NCBI GenBank assembly: GCA_013265495.1
Contig: MU057416.1
Location: 676,545-740,544, forward strand
Reading direction: 5' to 3'
Length of the DNA stretch: 64,000 nucleotides
Source of the DNA: Vicugna vicugna
Lineage: Eukaryota
Part shown: positions 1 to 12,675 of the stretch, in pieces
Layout: the number at the start of each line of letters is the position of its first letter
Numbering within the stretch: position 1 is the first letter of the stretch
Program-made: the position numbers and the translations under genes
The notes under the pieces: generated by a model
Databases searched by the model: none
What the model saw: only the letters and a program-made list of their open reading frames with translations
Told to the model about the DNA's origin: nothing

Positions 1-238
1 ATGTTGTTATGAGTGTACAATCAAGCCACAACGTTCAGGCCCTAATTAGAACCAAACCTGTACACAGGATGTCCCTGAGCAAGCACAGGGGGAAGATAGC
101 AGGACGTAGAGGGAACTGTACATGCCTGAAAGACATCTGTGCTCGTCACACCACAGGTGTCTGGAAGAAAATGTACCAGTTCCTTAATGTTAAGGACCAT
201 TAGAGGGATTTCAAATGTATTGACTTTTCATCACTCAC

Positions 239-458
239 TTTATGGCTTTAGCACACTTTTTAGGTCGTGGCAATTTGGTGATTGTATCAGTGCTATGCAG
301 GTCTGTCTTATTTATCCAGCTCCTTATTTACTGAATTATGCACATACTGGAGACATAGGTAGATTTATCATCTTTGCCAACAACAACAATAGTCCGAATG
401 CTTGTGGAAGAGGAATTAATGAGACGAGTTGAATCAAGTCCCCGGAGGTCATATTGCT
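239..458 (-). pseudogene. Exon remnant, second AAA-like module
   Basis: gtttgcAG acceptor, GTGAGT donor, 87-nt upstream intron; GDLIQLVSLIPL / CCWQR**IYLCLQ resembles RNF213 VFLFKLLILQYL..KMWLRNPCHLYIVE. Confidence 0.6.
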
Positions 459-545
459 CTGCAAACTACCCCTCCTCTCGCTCAACACACACACGCACAT
501 GCACACGCACACCGGGACTGCATTAGACAATTAAATAATGCTTAC

Positions 546-709
546 TGTTTGGTGGAAAACCAAAATAGAAAAGTTGCTATCCTCAGTTCTGCACACGCAA
601 GCCCACACTCTGTACCCACACGTAATGTTCGCCCACGGGGCCCTGATGACGCAGCATAAAGTTATTTTGGTTCTGGAAATTTCTTCCAGGTCTGAGTAGT
701 AAAGCTTTC
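546..709 (-). pseudogene. Exon remnant, second AAA-like module
   Basis: GKLYYSDLEEISRTKITLCCVIRAPWANITCGYRVWACVCRTEDSNFSILVFHQT resembles RNF213 GKSLYVKRL..LKTIRLIDPQVDESRVLGALL..VPVLFHLDV; GTAAGC donor. Confidence 0.65.
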
Positions 710-711
710 CT

Positions 712-1700
712 TCATTTGTTCTTCCTTCTTTGCTTGGATGCTTAATGAGCATTACCAGGCTAGCCAGTAGGGATGTAGAAATGATCAGCTACCACCACTG
801 ACCTTTAGGAACTTAATTGGCAACATACACAAATAAGAGAGTAGAGAGAGAGGAATAATTATGACAGCACAGCGAGGATGGCATCACAAGTCTATGAAAC
901 AGCTACACACACATTGTCCTGGGAGCACCAAGGAGGGCCGTACTGATCACATTGGGAACTCAGAAGAGGATTTCTAGCAGAGGCAGTGCTTACGCTGGTC
1001 TTCAAGGACAGGTAGAAATTAACTCAACAGAGACTGCAGCCAAGGACACTTGAAGTGAAGGGAACAACATGGGAAGGAAACACTGTGGTGCATTTGGCAA
1101 ACCGTTAGCATTCGGAACAGCAGGTGCAAAGAATCTGCACAGGACAGAGGCAGGAGCCTGGGCTAGAGAGACACACAGTCCAGCAGCGAAGGGCATCGCG
1201 TGACTCTTTAATCGACCTTTATCCTGGACACTCCGGGAGTCACTGAAGGACATGGAGCACGTGCAGACATGAACCTGCCTGAGGTAAAAGGGACAGCTGG
1301 GGAGAGCGTTAGCCTGAGTCAGAGAGGCTGGATCTGTGAGTAGTAGGGTAGGAAAGAGAATGCTGAAGGTCAGAGGTCTCACTGCACTCAGAGAGGAGCA
1401 GACAGGTCTCTTAAGCAATAATCTACACAATGTGGTGACTTACTGCTTACGTAGGCTATATGAGAAAAGGAGATCTGGTGTGACTGTCAGTCTTCTTAAG
1501 TGAGAAATACAGAAACAAGAACAGGTTTAGGGAAAATAATTACACATTTTCTCTCCCATTTAACCTTCTATGGCATCTCCAGACAGACAATCAGTGAGCT
1601 AGGTACTGGGGAAACATCCTAACAATTTAGGAGTCAGTGATAGTTAATGCCATGGCTTTGGACAGGAGACTGTGCGAGCGAGATGAACCAGGGGCTGAGG
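712..1700 (+). mobile_element. Degenerate L2-like LINE fragment
   Basis: ttcatt.. tail-like start followed by purine-rich L2-type text; boundaries approximate. Confidence 0.45.
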
Positions 1701-2004
1701 ATGCGTGTCTGTGGGTGAGTATATAGTGCTTCAACATGAACTACTTTGCAACAGGAAAACAAATATTTCTACACAGTGCGTTTCACGACTGAAGAGCCCA
1801 GTCAAAGGAGAGTCCACAAATGGCTCTCAGGAAGGTCGTACTGGAAAGGCTTCTGAAATCTCTGAAATGAAAAACAAACTTTCCTGCTTGAAATAAGGCT
1901 CACCGAGCCTGACTGCATTTCTAACCAGATGAAAACTCCTCCTGATCTTTCGGAAGGGGCAGACTGTAAGAGGCTTCTGACTCTCAGGGATTGAGGATGC
2001 TTAC

Positions 2005-2094
2005 CGAGTGCAGTTGTTTTCTCATTTTCGTATTTCTATGGAATGACGCCCCTCTCGGGTTCAAGACTTGCAGGATGCCGTATGTAGCACACCA
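2005..2094 (-). pseudogene. Exon remnant ending in the first half of a Walker A-like loop
   Basis: atgtttcAG acceptor, cg|GTAAGC donor; ends EKTTAL+g (phase 1), which joins ga-aag of the next exon to give G-K. Confidence 0.45.
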
Positions 2095-2134
2095 CTGAAA
2101 CATGCGTGCTTTCCGTGCTGTAATGGTCTAGCCG

Positions 2135-2900
2135 TGTGTTCATTCATTCTACACATGTTTGTTGGTCACTCTTTAATGCCAGGCACTGCTGTTGGTGCGA
2201 GAGATTTGCAATGACAAAAGCCAACATTGCCTCCGATCTCATGTAGCTCACATTCTAGATAAGGATTTAAAGACAGATTGCAGGGTTTTGAGGGGAGAAG
2301 GGGATCGCTTTTTTAGATAAGGCTGTCAAGGGTGGTCTCTCTAATGAGATGACTTTCAAATGTAAGACTTCCCAAATGAGGCCTACCTGCAGCAAGAGGG
2401 AGACGGACCTCAGTGTGTGGAGCAAGAGCGTTCCAGGCTGGGGGACCAGCAGGTCCAGGGGCTCCGAGTGGAGTGTTCTTGGTGTATTTGAGAAACATCA
2501 AGAAAGTCAATAGGATAAGAATTCAGTGATCAGTGGGGAGGATGGCATTTGACAGTGGCCAGAGCCCATTTCGTGTAGGTCTTTAGGAGATGTGGGGAAG
2601 GTTTTAGAAATACCAAGAAGGTTGAAGTCTTTGGAGGGCAGAGTACAAGAGAACTGATTTTATTTAAGTCACTCTGGCTTCTGTGCACAAAATAGACTGC
2701 AGACAGCCAAGAGCTGAAACAAGAAAAATAGCTAGGAAATCAGTTACAGCAGCCCATACAAGATGTGAAAAGATCTGACCTTAGGCGGTAACAGGTGCAA
2801 TTATCAAGAAGCACTTAGGTTCAACATGCATTTTGAAGATGGAAGTGACTGGCTTGCTGATGAGCTGCCTGTAGAGTAAGAGAGGAAGAGTCAAGAAAGG
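2135..2900 (+). mobile_element. L2 LINE fragment
   Basis: ttcattcatt..tgccaggcactg..ctcatgtagctcacattctag..ctctggct..; typical L2 text. Confidence 0.65.
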
Positions 2901-3384
2901 TATAAATAGAGTTTATTAACTTAAACCAGATTAGAGCCTAGAGGGAAGGGGGTACACAATGGTGTAAACTAAGTCATTCTCTATCATAGCCAACATAAAT
3001 AATGGCTAATAGTTGATAAATCAAAGAAGGGCAGTGCATGTATACTATAATAATATGGAAATATCTTCTAGGAGAAAAAGATATAAACTGTTTACCTCTG
3101 GCAATGGAAGTGGGTAGGCTGGAGATGGAAGAGGGAATAGAGTTTCTGAAGTTTTTCTTTATAAATCTTTTACTGTCAGCTAACTTAAAAAAAAACATGA
3201 GTATGTATTCATGTAATAAAACAAGTGATTATATGTGTGTAGATAATGACTGTATTTTTATGTTTGTGTAAAATGAATAAATGAGCAGTGGTGGCAGCAG
3301 CTGTAGATGACACATTTCAAGACGTTTGGTAGGGATAAGGAGAGATGCTGGATGAAGAAGCTAAGGTAGACCCCGAGCGGCCAC

Positions 3385-5005
3385 CACAGCATTGGAGAAC
3401 AACAGAGCTGGAGGACTGACATTACCCCCCTGGGAGACTTACTACAAAGCTGCAGGAATCAAGACAGTGTTCTTTGAGGGAAAGATCAGATCAGTGGATT
3501 AATGGCACAAAACACAGGGCTTGATAACAGAACTCTATAAAGAGTCAATTGATTTAACAGAAGAGCAGAGGCAACACAATGGAGCAAAGGTGGTCTCTCC
3601 AACATATCGTGTGGCACAAGCGAACATCCACATGCAAACACAAAACTAGTCTAGCACAGACCTTAAACCCTCCCCCAAATTAGCTCAAAAGGAGTGTAAA
3701 CCTGAATTCCTGTAAGATAACATAGGAGAAAGTCTGGATGACGACACTGATTCCTTTTCAGATACAACACCAAAGACATAGCCTGTGAAAGAAGTGATTG
3801 GTAATCTGGAATTCATTAAAATTTTTTTAAAATCCTGCTCTTCAAAAGAAAATGTGAAGAGAATTAGAAGACAGATCACGCACTGGGAGAAAATATTTGC
3901 AAAAGACAAACCTGATGAAAACATGTTATCCAAAATATGCAAAGAACCCTTAGAACTCAACAACAGGAAACAAAGAACCTGATGAAAAAATAAGTGAATA
4001 ACCTTAAAGACACGTCAACAAAGAAGGTATACAGATGGCAAATGAGCATGTGAAAAGATGGTCTGCGTCTTACGTCAGCAGGAAAATGCATATTAAAGCA
4101 AGACTCAGATGTCACTACATGCCTGTGGACAAAATCTAGAACACTGACAACATCAGATGCTGACAGGGATGAGGAGCAACAGGAACCCCTGTGCATTGCT
4201 GCTGAGAATGCACAACAGTGCGGCTACCTTGCAAGACAGTTGGGCAGTTTCCTGCAAAACTAAACATACCTTTACCGTGCATCCAGCAGTCACGTCCCTT
4301 GTTATTTACTTAGAGGAGTTGAGCTTATACCCACACAAAAACTGGCACATGGATGTTTATAATATAATTATAATTATATGATGTTTATAATTGTAATTAT
4401 ATAATTTATATGTAATGCATAATTGCCAAAACGTGGAAGTAGGTAAGCTGTCCTTCAGTTAAGTGAATGGAGACAATGGAATATTATTCAGCACTAAAAA
4501 GAAACGAGCCATCCAGCCATGAAAAGACATGCAAGAACCTAAAATGCATGTGACGAGTAAAAGAAGCCAATCCGAAAAGGCTACATAGCATAGGACGCCA
4601 ACTATATTACTTTCTGGAAAAGGAAAAACTATGGAGACAATAAAAGGCTGAGTGTTTGGCAAGGGTTAGGGAGGTGAACAGGGGGCACAGAGGACTTTGA
4701 AGGTGGTGAAAGTACTGGATGGTATTGTAATGGTGGGTCTGTGTCACTGTGCCTTTGTCCCGGCCCACAGACAGCACAGTGGTGAGAGCAAGTCCTAAGG
4801 TAAACTGTGGCACTTTGGGTGGTTATGATGTGTCAAGGTAGGTTCATCCCTGGTTTAACAAAAAGGTACCACTGTGGTGAGCGGCGTTGATACGGGACTG
4901 TCTGTACGTGTGTGGGAGCAGGGGGATACGAGAAATCTCCGTACCTCCCTCTCAGTTTTGCTGTAAACTTCAAGGCGCTCTTTAAAAAAACAGTCTTAAC
5001 AAAAA
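3385..5005 (+). mobile_element. Old L1 (L1MB/MC-like) ORF2 C-terminus and 3' UTR
   Basis: Decayed ORF2 (IKIFLKSCSSKENVKRIRRQITHWEKIFA), L1M 3' UTR and A-rich end. Confidence 0.85.
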
Positions 5006-5053
5006 GAAGCTAGGGTGAGTGGAGAATGTTTGTTGAAGAGGAGATGTTCCCAC

Positions 5054-5669
5054 CTCTATCCCCGCTGGAGTTTAGAATGGACAAAAATAAGTTTAGACCA
5101 AAAAAATCAGAATGATAAAGTTCAAACTATCCGCTTCATCACTGGTTACAGCTGGATGGGAAGGTGTGTACCAGCCACACTTAGATGGCTATGAACACTC
5201 TGATCGCGCCTAAACCAGAAAACCCATCCGCTGCTTCGTATTCGTTGAGATCCGGTGGAGGAGACTAGAAGTTGGCCGAGAGACCTGCCTTTAGAAGGTC
5301 AGCTTTGCCTTGACTCTTGCTCGGTTGCCATTTGGAATCTGGTGCAGAACCAAATACACCCGTCCTGTAGGCAGGCAGAGAAGGGGAGGAAACTCGGGAA
5401 GTATCAAAGCAAGCATCTCCGTGTCCTTCTCCACTCCTGGCCAGAGGCGTGCGTGAAGCATCAGAGAGGAGAGCGGAACGAACTTCCACGATGGCAACGT
5501 GCAAACGGGCTTCCCTACACGAGAAAATCCTAGGGCGATGGGAAGGAAATTAGACCCCAGAGAGGAGAAGCTGAGGAGAACCTGAGAGTTTAAATCCTGC
5601 AGGATCTTCCAAGGGATGTGGTTCAGTAAACCGTTAAGAGCGTTGCTCAGAGAGGAGGTGCTCTTCGTC
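5054..5669 (-). pseudogene. Large exon remnant, first AAA-like module
   Basis: Single frame: NHIPWKILQDLNSQVLL..SNFLPIALGFSRVGKPVCTLPSWKFVPL..EMLALIL..GRVYLVL..KLTF*RQVSRPTSSLLHRI resembles RNF213 RCLPRGLQVGQPNLVV..EVLPAALAVY..PLPTYDEVLL..EVALLLRR..KVYSLL..QLSYEVARQAEELFHNL; ccccAG acceptor, gag|GTGGGA donor; in-frame stops. Confidence 0.75.
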
Positions 5670-5839
5670 CTGGGGTTTGGAGGAAGGATCCGCACAGTGA
5701 TCATCAGTGCCGTAGGAGGCCCTGCTAGAACCTTCCACGGGATGGTCCCCGTTCTCTGTCCAGCAGTGATGATCTGCCATGTGGACAGGGGAGGCCTAGG
5801 GGGCTGGAAGACGAGGTTTCAGAGAAAGTAGGTACTTAC

Positions 5840-6073
5840 GAAGCATTGTGAACAAGATGTGATACGGTTAATTTCTGCATTAAGTAAACGTTACAGTGAC
5901 ACATTTTCATAAAACAGGTGGATCGTGAGACGCAATGAAAATAACGTACACATTTATCGTTTCCTTTGAGAGTGAGCAAGCCTTCCTCTGTGCGCATCTT
6001 CTCAGTTCAGTTCTCCCACACGAGCCAGAAGGCCGCTCAGACGGAAGGATCTGTCTTCAGGATGCTTGCATGT
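5840..6073 (-). pseudogene. Exon remnant (234 nt, phase 2-2)
   Basis: gtcctcttcctAG acceptor, GTAAGT donor; AAFWLVWEN*TEKMRTEEGLLTL; phase matches the next exon. Confidence 0.45.
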
Positions 6074-7939
6074 CTAGGAAGAGGACAGTTTCTAGAATAT
6101 GCCGCCCGGTCCTTTCCCAGGGGGCTTGTGGGCCCCAGGAGACGTAAGGAGTTGTCACATGTCTCCAACTCCATTGTTTACAGACACCACGGCTCTAAGA
6201 AACTGAGCACGTCCTACCTTGATCAGCACTTGGCCCCACGTTCTCTAGATCTGACTGCCCTCGTTAGCTTGTAAGCTGTGTCGTGTGAGTGCCACTTTTG
6301 GTAAAAGAAGGAGACTCTTTGCGGTCAGCTAACTTCGTGTCATTCCCAGGGCTCGTTAGAACTGGCCGGGCGGATGCACGGCTGGGGCCTCCAGGGGAAG
6401 CTCTCAGATGTGCTGAGTCCAGGATTCGTGTCGTTCCTTTGATACTGGGCTTTGGTTTATTATGTGATGAGCTAACGTGTTATCCTGGTCTGTTAACTAA
6501 CTTACAGGTTTAGTCGATTAACTAGGTAAATGTGTGGGCTAATCTGCACCAAAAAATCTGGTCCAAGCAGTCAAGAGAAAGGAGCAAGGAACACAGCAGA
6601 AGGATGGGGAGTTTTACTGTGGAAGGAGAAGGTGAGAACTGACAGGGGGCAGGACCGTGTGGTCAGTGAGGAGGAGGGAGGACGGAAAGGCAGCGGGAAA
6701 CCATGAAGGTGGTAGCTGTTAGCACTGGTGGGCATCGCGGACGCCTTTAGAGTCTTACAGGAGAGCCGGAGCCCCTTTCAGAGTAAGGCACACATTCACG
6801 GATGCATATGATTTGGGAATGCCGCATCTAAACTCCGCCGTGAATTATGCATTTTAAACACAAGTCATGGACCACAGTGGGTGGAAGACATAGTTGTGTT
6901 TTAAAAGGCACATTCACGGATGCAGAGGTTAAGCTGTGATTTTGTTTTAAATCCAAGGGTAAAGGGTGGTGGAAAATGCATAGCCAGTGTCCCCTAAAGA
7001 AAACTGAACCGGTATGTGATGCTTCTGGACCCGCGTCTGTAGGCTCGAGAGATTTCCCATTTCCAGACACGAAACAAGTTGTTTGAAAAGCTCTACCAAA
7101 CCCAGTCCCATCTCCTCCCCTTCTTCTCACTGCACAGAAGTTCCTTGAGGCAGGAAGAGTCCCCTGGAAAAGGAAGCTTCTCAGAAAGGCTGCACGTGCT
7201 GCTGCGGTCTCCCCAAGCAGCTTGGCATCGCTGCTGGCCACTGACTAATGGGACGTCATAACAGTCGCTACTCTCCTAGTATTTCTGTCTTTAGATCAGT
7301 GTTACCTGTTTCTAGGCTAATGAACAAGCAGCCATAAACAGATAATCGCAAAGAAATGACGACATTTACTTAAGGAACAACTGTAAATTTGAGTCTTTTT
7401 TATGGTCCTGAACACTAAGCATTTAGAACCTCATCTCAGTGAGCTAACACCTTCTCTGAGGGTCTAGCAGGAATCATCCACAAATGGTAAAGTCACTCCT
7501 AAGTAAATTTTTGTGCGTCTTGCAGGAACGTCACACTTTGACTTTTACAGCAAGCTGGGCACAGGCAGTCTGTTCAGAAAGCTGGTTGTCAAGGAAACTG
7601 GACCTTCATCCAGTGAAACACCAAGGGATCTTCCAGCAACGGGTCGGGGAGGAAAGACGGAAGCTTTTACTGCCCTCATGCATGTTCTCCTTTGATGGTA
7701 TTAGTGTCTTCGTTAGTGTTATTTCATAAATCAGTTTTAAAAAGGCGTTTCTCCATTTAATTATTAACAGGAGATAAAACTGGTCACAAGTATTAACACT
7801 CATCTTACATTTCTTGGCCTTTCTCAGAGCATTTTTAGCATATGTTAGAATTAAACAGAAGAAAGGATCTAAATCTTTTATCTTACGTAGTGAACATTAT
7901 GAATATTTGATTTCTTTTTTTTAATTTTTTAAATTACAT

Positions 7940-8215
7940 GTTTTTTTTTTATTGAAGTAGAGTCAGCTTACAAGGCTGTGTCAATTTCTGGTGTGCAGCT
8001 CAGTGCTTCAGTCATACGTGAACACACATGTATTCATTTTCACGTTCTTTGTCACCGTAAGTTACTACAAGATACTGAATATAGGTCCCTGTGCTCCACA
8101 GTATGAACTTGTTGTTTATCTATTTTATACATATTAGTTAGTGTCTGCAGATCTCAAACTCCCTTTACCCCTTCCCACCCCCTTTCCTCCTGGTAACCAT
8201 AAGTGTGTTTTCTAT
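7940..8215 (-). mobile_element. Short lineage-specific L1 3'-tail element (camelid/artiodactyl type)
   Basis: ttttattgaagtagagtcag..tacaagatactgaatata.gtccctgtgct..ggtaaccataag; same family as the 3' end of the L1 at 30105-31658. Confidence 0.8.
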
Positions 8216-8534
8216 GTGATTTTTTAACTGTCAAAATACGAAACGCCAGCACGCAGTTCCCCCGTGCTCTTGGCTTCCCGACAGGCTCCCCAGTTGTGAT
8301 GGGCACCGAGCTCAGATCACGGAGCGAAACAGCTCTGAGGCACCCTGAACGCAGGTCCCCAAGACAGCAGTTACCAGGTACCCCTTCATGGCTTCAGCCC
8401 CCCTTTTTTCATCTGGAAAAGGAAAATAGTTAAGATTTCGTCAGGTAATTGAAGGAATCACGGGAGATGGTGTAATGTGACAATTCCATAAATCACAGGA
8501 GACCACGGCTGTCACGGTGGGAGGCACGTGGGAG

Positions 8535-8750
8535 GCAGTGTGGCCTCGTGGTTAGGAGTGTCCTTGCAGGAGCCAGACTTGCGTTATATTCTGGGTCCTC
8601 CGCCTCCTGACTGTGGCCCTGGGCAAGTTTTCCTCTGTGCCTCAGCGATCTCATCATAGTAGTTGTACTCCATGGAGGCATTGGGAGGTTTTAATGAGAT
8701 GGCGTATGTGAAGCCCTTCGCCATGCCTGAGGCCCTGATCACTGCTAGGA
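8535..8750 (+). mobile_element. MIR SINE
   Basis: ggcagtgtggc..gtggttaggag..ctgtggccctgggcaagt..tctgtgcctcag core. Confidence 0.75.
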
Positions 8751-9261
8751 ACAGAAAGATGCCTCGGTCTCCACATCCAGACAGGTGAACCTGCTCCAGC
8801 TGCTGAGAGCGGTGGGGCCTCCTGTGAGGGGCAAGGAGAAGCGAGCGTGTTCAGTTTGAGAGAGGAATTGGGGTCTAAGCGGAAGGCAAAAAAGTGAACC
8901 TTCTTCAAATAGCAGCTAAAGCCTGGAAGGAGAGGGTGGCTCTCCCAGACTGTTCGGTCGTTTGGAAAAGGCTGTTGGTCTGCTCTTGACAGCAGCACCT
9001 GCGGCGAGGCGGCAGTGCTGAGAGTGAGTGTGAACGTGGGGAGGTGAGTCGTGTGTGGCACCTGCGTGTCACACCGCTCAGCGCTTCCCCGGCCGCCACC
9101 CAGTTCCAAATCCTGCTTGTTCACACTGTCTTCCCGCTGTTCTCGCCCCTCTAATTGATCGTGCATATTAATATTACTAAAATAACATGTCTCTCATGGG
9201 ATTCCCTAGCAAAGGAAGGAGGTCCTGCCATGGGTCCCAGATCCCATCAGAGGTCACTTCT

Positions 9262-9610
9262 ACCTGGAATCTAAAAAATGAGACAAATGAATTTACTTAC
9301 AAAACAGAAACAGACCCACAGACATAGGAAACAAATGTATCAAAGTGGAAAGTGAGGGGAAGGATAAATTGGGAGTTTGGGCTTCGCAGATACACACTAC
9401 TGTATATAAAACAGATAAACAACAAGGTCCTACAGCACAGGGAACTACACTTGATGTCCTGTAATAGCCTGTAATGGAAAAGAATATATATATGTATGTA
9501 TGTATAACTGAATCGCTTTGCTGTACACCTGAACGAACACAACTTTGTAACCCAACGATACTTCAATTAAAAAAAATTTTCAATAAATAAGTAAAATAGG
9601 AAAAAAAAAA
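9262..9610 (+). mobile_element. L1 3'-tail element (artiodactyl type)
   Basis: tggaatctaaaaaatga.acaaatgaa..cagcacagggaacta..poly-A. Confidence 0.8.
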
Positions 9611-10627
9611 GAGCCACCATAGTCACACCCACTTCTGCCTCACTGGCCCCGTCTCCTGCATCTGTCCAACAGGAGCGCCACTTCATGCAGGTTACCCCAG
9701 CCGGCCCCTGGCCTTCCTAGGCACGCCTGCCCCTTTTCCTCATGTGTTCCATCCAGTTCCACTCATCCTTCTGAAGCCCCGCTCGAGTTCCACCTCCTGC
9801 CTGAGGGCCTCCCCGGCCTCCGGTCCCGCACGGCCTCAGCATCCCGTCTCCCTGGCACCTGGCCCTTGGGCAGGTCTTTTTTTTTTTTTTTTTTTGTATT
9901 TTAAATTATTTTTGCCTGATCTCTCCAAATAGAGACAGTAACCGTTTACTAATTTGTTTTAAATCCTGACTGCCTGGCACAGACTCAGTATCCAAGATAT
10001 ATTTGAGGATCGATCCAAACATTAGAAAACGCAGCCACTCGCATTGTTTACATACCATCCCTATTACATTTTCAAATAAATGGAATTCTCCCCACCCACA
10101 CCGACACGAACGGCAGGATTCTAAACAAGTGTCTGAACAACAGATGCTCTGCTTTCAGACTCAGCTGTCAGCTCTTATTTCTCAATAGCTCAGCTAGCGA
10201 ATGAGCTGACATTTCTAACATTTCAGTCCACGTCCTGCTTTCTCTCCTACAAGAGAAGGTCTGTTGACCTAAAATTCCTAGCTGTGAAATTCCCCGCTTT
10301 GTCTTTCAGCTCAAGTTTTCCTTGAATGAAATGTTATCTCCCACACGTTTAACCTAAGAATAAAATAGCAACACATTAGACGCGAGGCAGAGGCAGCCTT
10401 TTTATTCACGAGAGCACAAGGCACATTTAGGCTCTTTTGTAGAAAGCAGGGTTTACTGTGAAAGAGTAGAATTAGAAAGTCTTGGCTCCTAAAACAGGTC
10501 TGCTTTGGCCAGTGTCTTCTGTTTCCTCACACATACGACGGTGGTAGTCGCGATACTTCACCGCTCAGGTTTTCTGACATCTATTAGGTAAATTTTAGAG
10601 GGAACCATTTCGGGGCTTTCTTCTTAC

Positions 10628-10690
10628 GCCTTGTAGAAAATTAGATTTGAATCAACATTTGTTCAGTTTCCATGCTGTCCTCTGGGATGC
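10628..10690 (-). pseudogene. Possible exon remnant (63 nt, phase 1-1)
   Basis: ttttgtgcgtgtcAG acceptor, GTAAGA donor; IPEDSMETEQMLIQI*FSTR. Confidence 0.3.
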
Positions 10691-11204
10691 CTGACACGCA
10701 CAAAATGTGGGCGTTCAAAGAGCCATCAGTCCAAAATGGACACGAGTGAGCTGAGATTAAAGGTCACGGCAGGTAAAAGAGAAAGAAAAAGCAAGTCGGT
10801 GTAGACCGAAAGTCCCCTAATGTTAATCCCACCTAACGTCTGCATAAGACAAGTACTTTCGGGAGCACTGTTTATCCCATCCAGATCCTCATAAAGCCCC
10901 AGGGGGTTAGCCTGGGCTGTACCCATGGGCTCCTCGCCCAGCCTGACTCCCGGCTTGTCAAGCATCTGAGGTCAGATGGCTTCCCCAAACCTGGTGTCAT
11001 CCACAGCTGAGGCAGGGCACCAGCTCCCCATCAGGGACCCACGTGTCCCGGGTTCAAGCGGGGAACAGAGTAGAGTCAAGCGGGGGTGCAGTCACACCCC
11101 CTGCACCTGTGAAGACAGGCCTACCCCCTCCAGGGCCCTGACCTTCCCCCGGGGTTCCCGTCCAGCGTGGCCTGGTTGATGCACAAAGGGCAGGTGCCTC
11201 TCAC

Positions 11205-11300
11205 CTCGAAGTTCCCAGGAGAGAGAGAAAAATCATCTTCGTATGAATACTAAAAAAAGTTCATGTCTAGACATTTCTAGAAGTTTCATGCAGCAAGAGT
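11205..11300 (-). pseudogene. Possible exon remnant (96 nt, phase 1-1)
   Basis: Long pyrimidine tract plus aatcAG, gag|GTGAGA donor; SCCMKLLEMSRHELFLVFIRR*FFSLSWELR. Confidence 0.35.
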
Positions 11301-11920
11301 CTGATTCCAAGCAGAAAGCGGAGCAGAGAGGGAGGGCAGATGCGTGTGGCGGAGGTGAGCGGGGACGGCGGCAGGTGCAGCCCCGGCCGGAGCAGAGCCC
11401 TCTCCTCTTCCCCGTCTCCCTCTCCATCACTGCCCGTGCAGCCCCACACGAGGGGCCCGGGAGCCCTCCGAGCCTGGGGACAGACAGTTTCCATTCGTAA
11501 GAGGGGAAGGACATTTGAAGGACATTCAGGGACCTTTCAAAACCGAAGTCACCATTTCGAGGTTTATGGACGCTCTCTCGTCACACCCAAGAGTTAGGTC
11601 GCTGGCTCTTGTTCCTAGGTTGGGATTGATTTTCACTGCTGGTGAAATTTAGAAGCTCATCATTTAAAAAATAAAAAGAAGAAGAAGAAGAAGGGCACGC
11701 TTAAGAAATCTCTCTGTAACTGAAAACGAGACTTGCCAAACCAGCCCGCAGTGGGAAGGCGGTGTTTTGAAAAAAGGGCACGTCCATTCTTTCTTCGTGT
11801 TCACCGTGGCGAGGATTCGGTCTTGCCAAGGTGAGCCAAGGGCCAGCAGCTGAGGCCCTGTCGTGAGCAGGTCAGCGTCTCAGACAAGCCCTTCCCAGGT
11901 GCTGGCCCCTCCGTGCTCAC

Positions 11921-12675
11921 CAGGGAACAGGACCAGAACTAGTGAAGTGGCACAATCAGAATTCCAGTCTGGGCAGTTTTTCTCCAGAGACCCTGCTTCC
12001 TGACCTCGGCCGTTTCTCTCACCAGCTGGACCCTGGCAGCAGCCCCTCCTCTCTGATGGTCCTGTGTGATTTGAGGAGGCCGAGGGGGACGAGGAAAGAG
12101 TGGAAGACCCTGTGGTCTCAGTCTCTGGGGAGTGACTTCGACCTGTCTCTGCTGCGCTCGCTGAAGCCCGGGAGGCCGGGAGGGCTTGGGCTGGCGGCCG
12201 GGAAGGTCGGCTCAGACGAGGAACCGGCAAATCCGCGGGGCTTGCCGAAGGCATCCGGACGGAGGCAATGTGACTCCCCCCGACCCCTCTCAGTTTCTAT
12301 TTTTATTTTGTAAAGTGAAAGGAAAAGGGATGGTCCCCAGTTTTCCGTGACAAACCATCTTTGTCCTTGATCCAGAGAGCCCAGTTCACTCATACAGTTT
12401 GCACTGCACCTGCTCAAACTGCAGTCCTTACAGGAAAGAGAGAAACAGCAAGGAGCTCCGAGACGACAGCTAGTATTTTGCAAAGATATTTGTAACGCAA
12501 GCACATCAGTGGCTAATTCGTATTTCACTCTGCTGTGAACCTGAAAATTCTCATTAAAAATAGCATTTCCTGAAGTGCCACCAAGATACATTGACTGTCA
12601 AATCCCACTTTTTGATTGTCTGCTGAAGCCCCAGGAAGTGTTTATTATGCTGCTGCGTTCCGATCTTTTTCTTTT
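11921..12675 (-). pseudogene. Large exon remnant
   Basis: EKEKDRNAAA* / KHFLGLQQTIKK / MYLGGTSGNAIFNENF...ELGSLDQGQRWFVTENWGPSLFLSLYK resembles RNF213 GKKDRNN..FIDLHSAGNMLFRTW...MEHFLDSWKRFVTQKRMEHFYLNFY; ctg|GTGAGC donor. Confidence 0.7.

Noticed and set aside
1904..1963. AG..GTGAGC-bounded segment
   Set aside because: It would need a ~40-nt intron after the 2005 donor, which is too short.
6828..7803. Minus-strand ORFs that could be additional pseudo-exons
   Set aside because: No convincing splice pair or RNF213-like motif found by eye; left unassigned.
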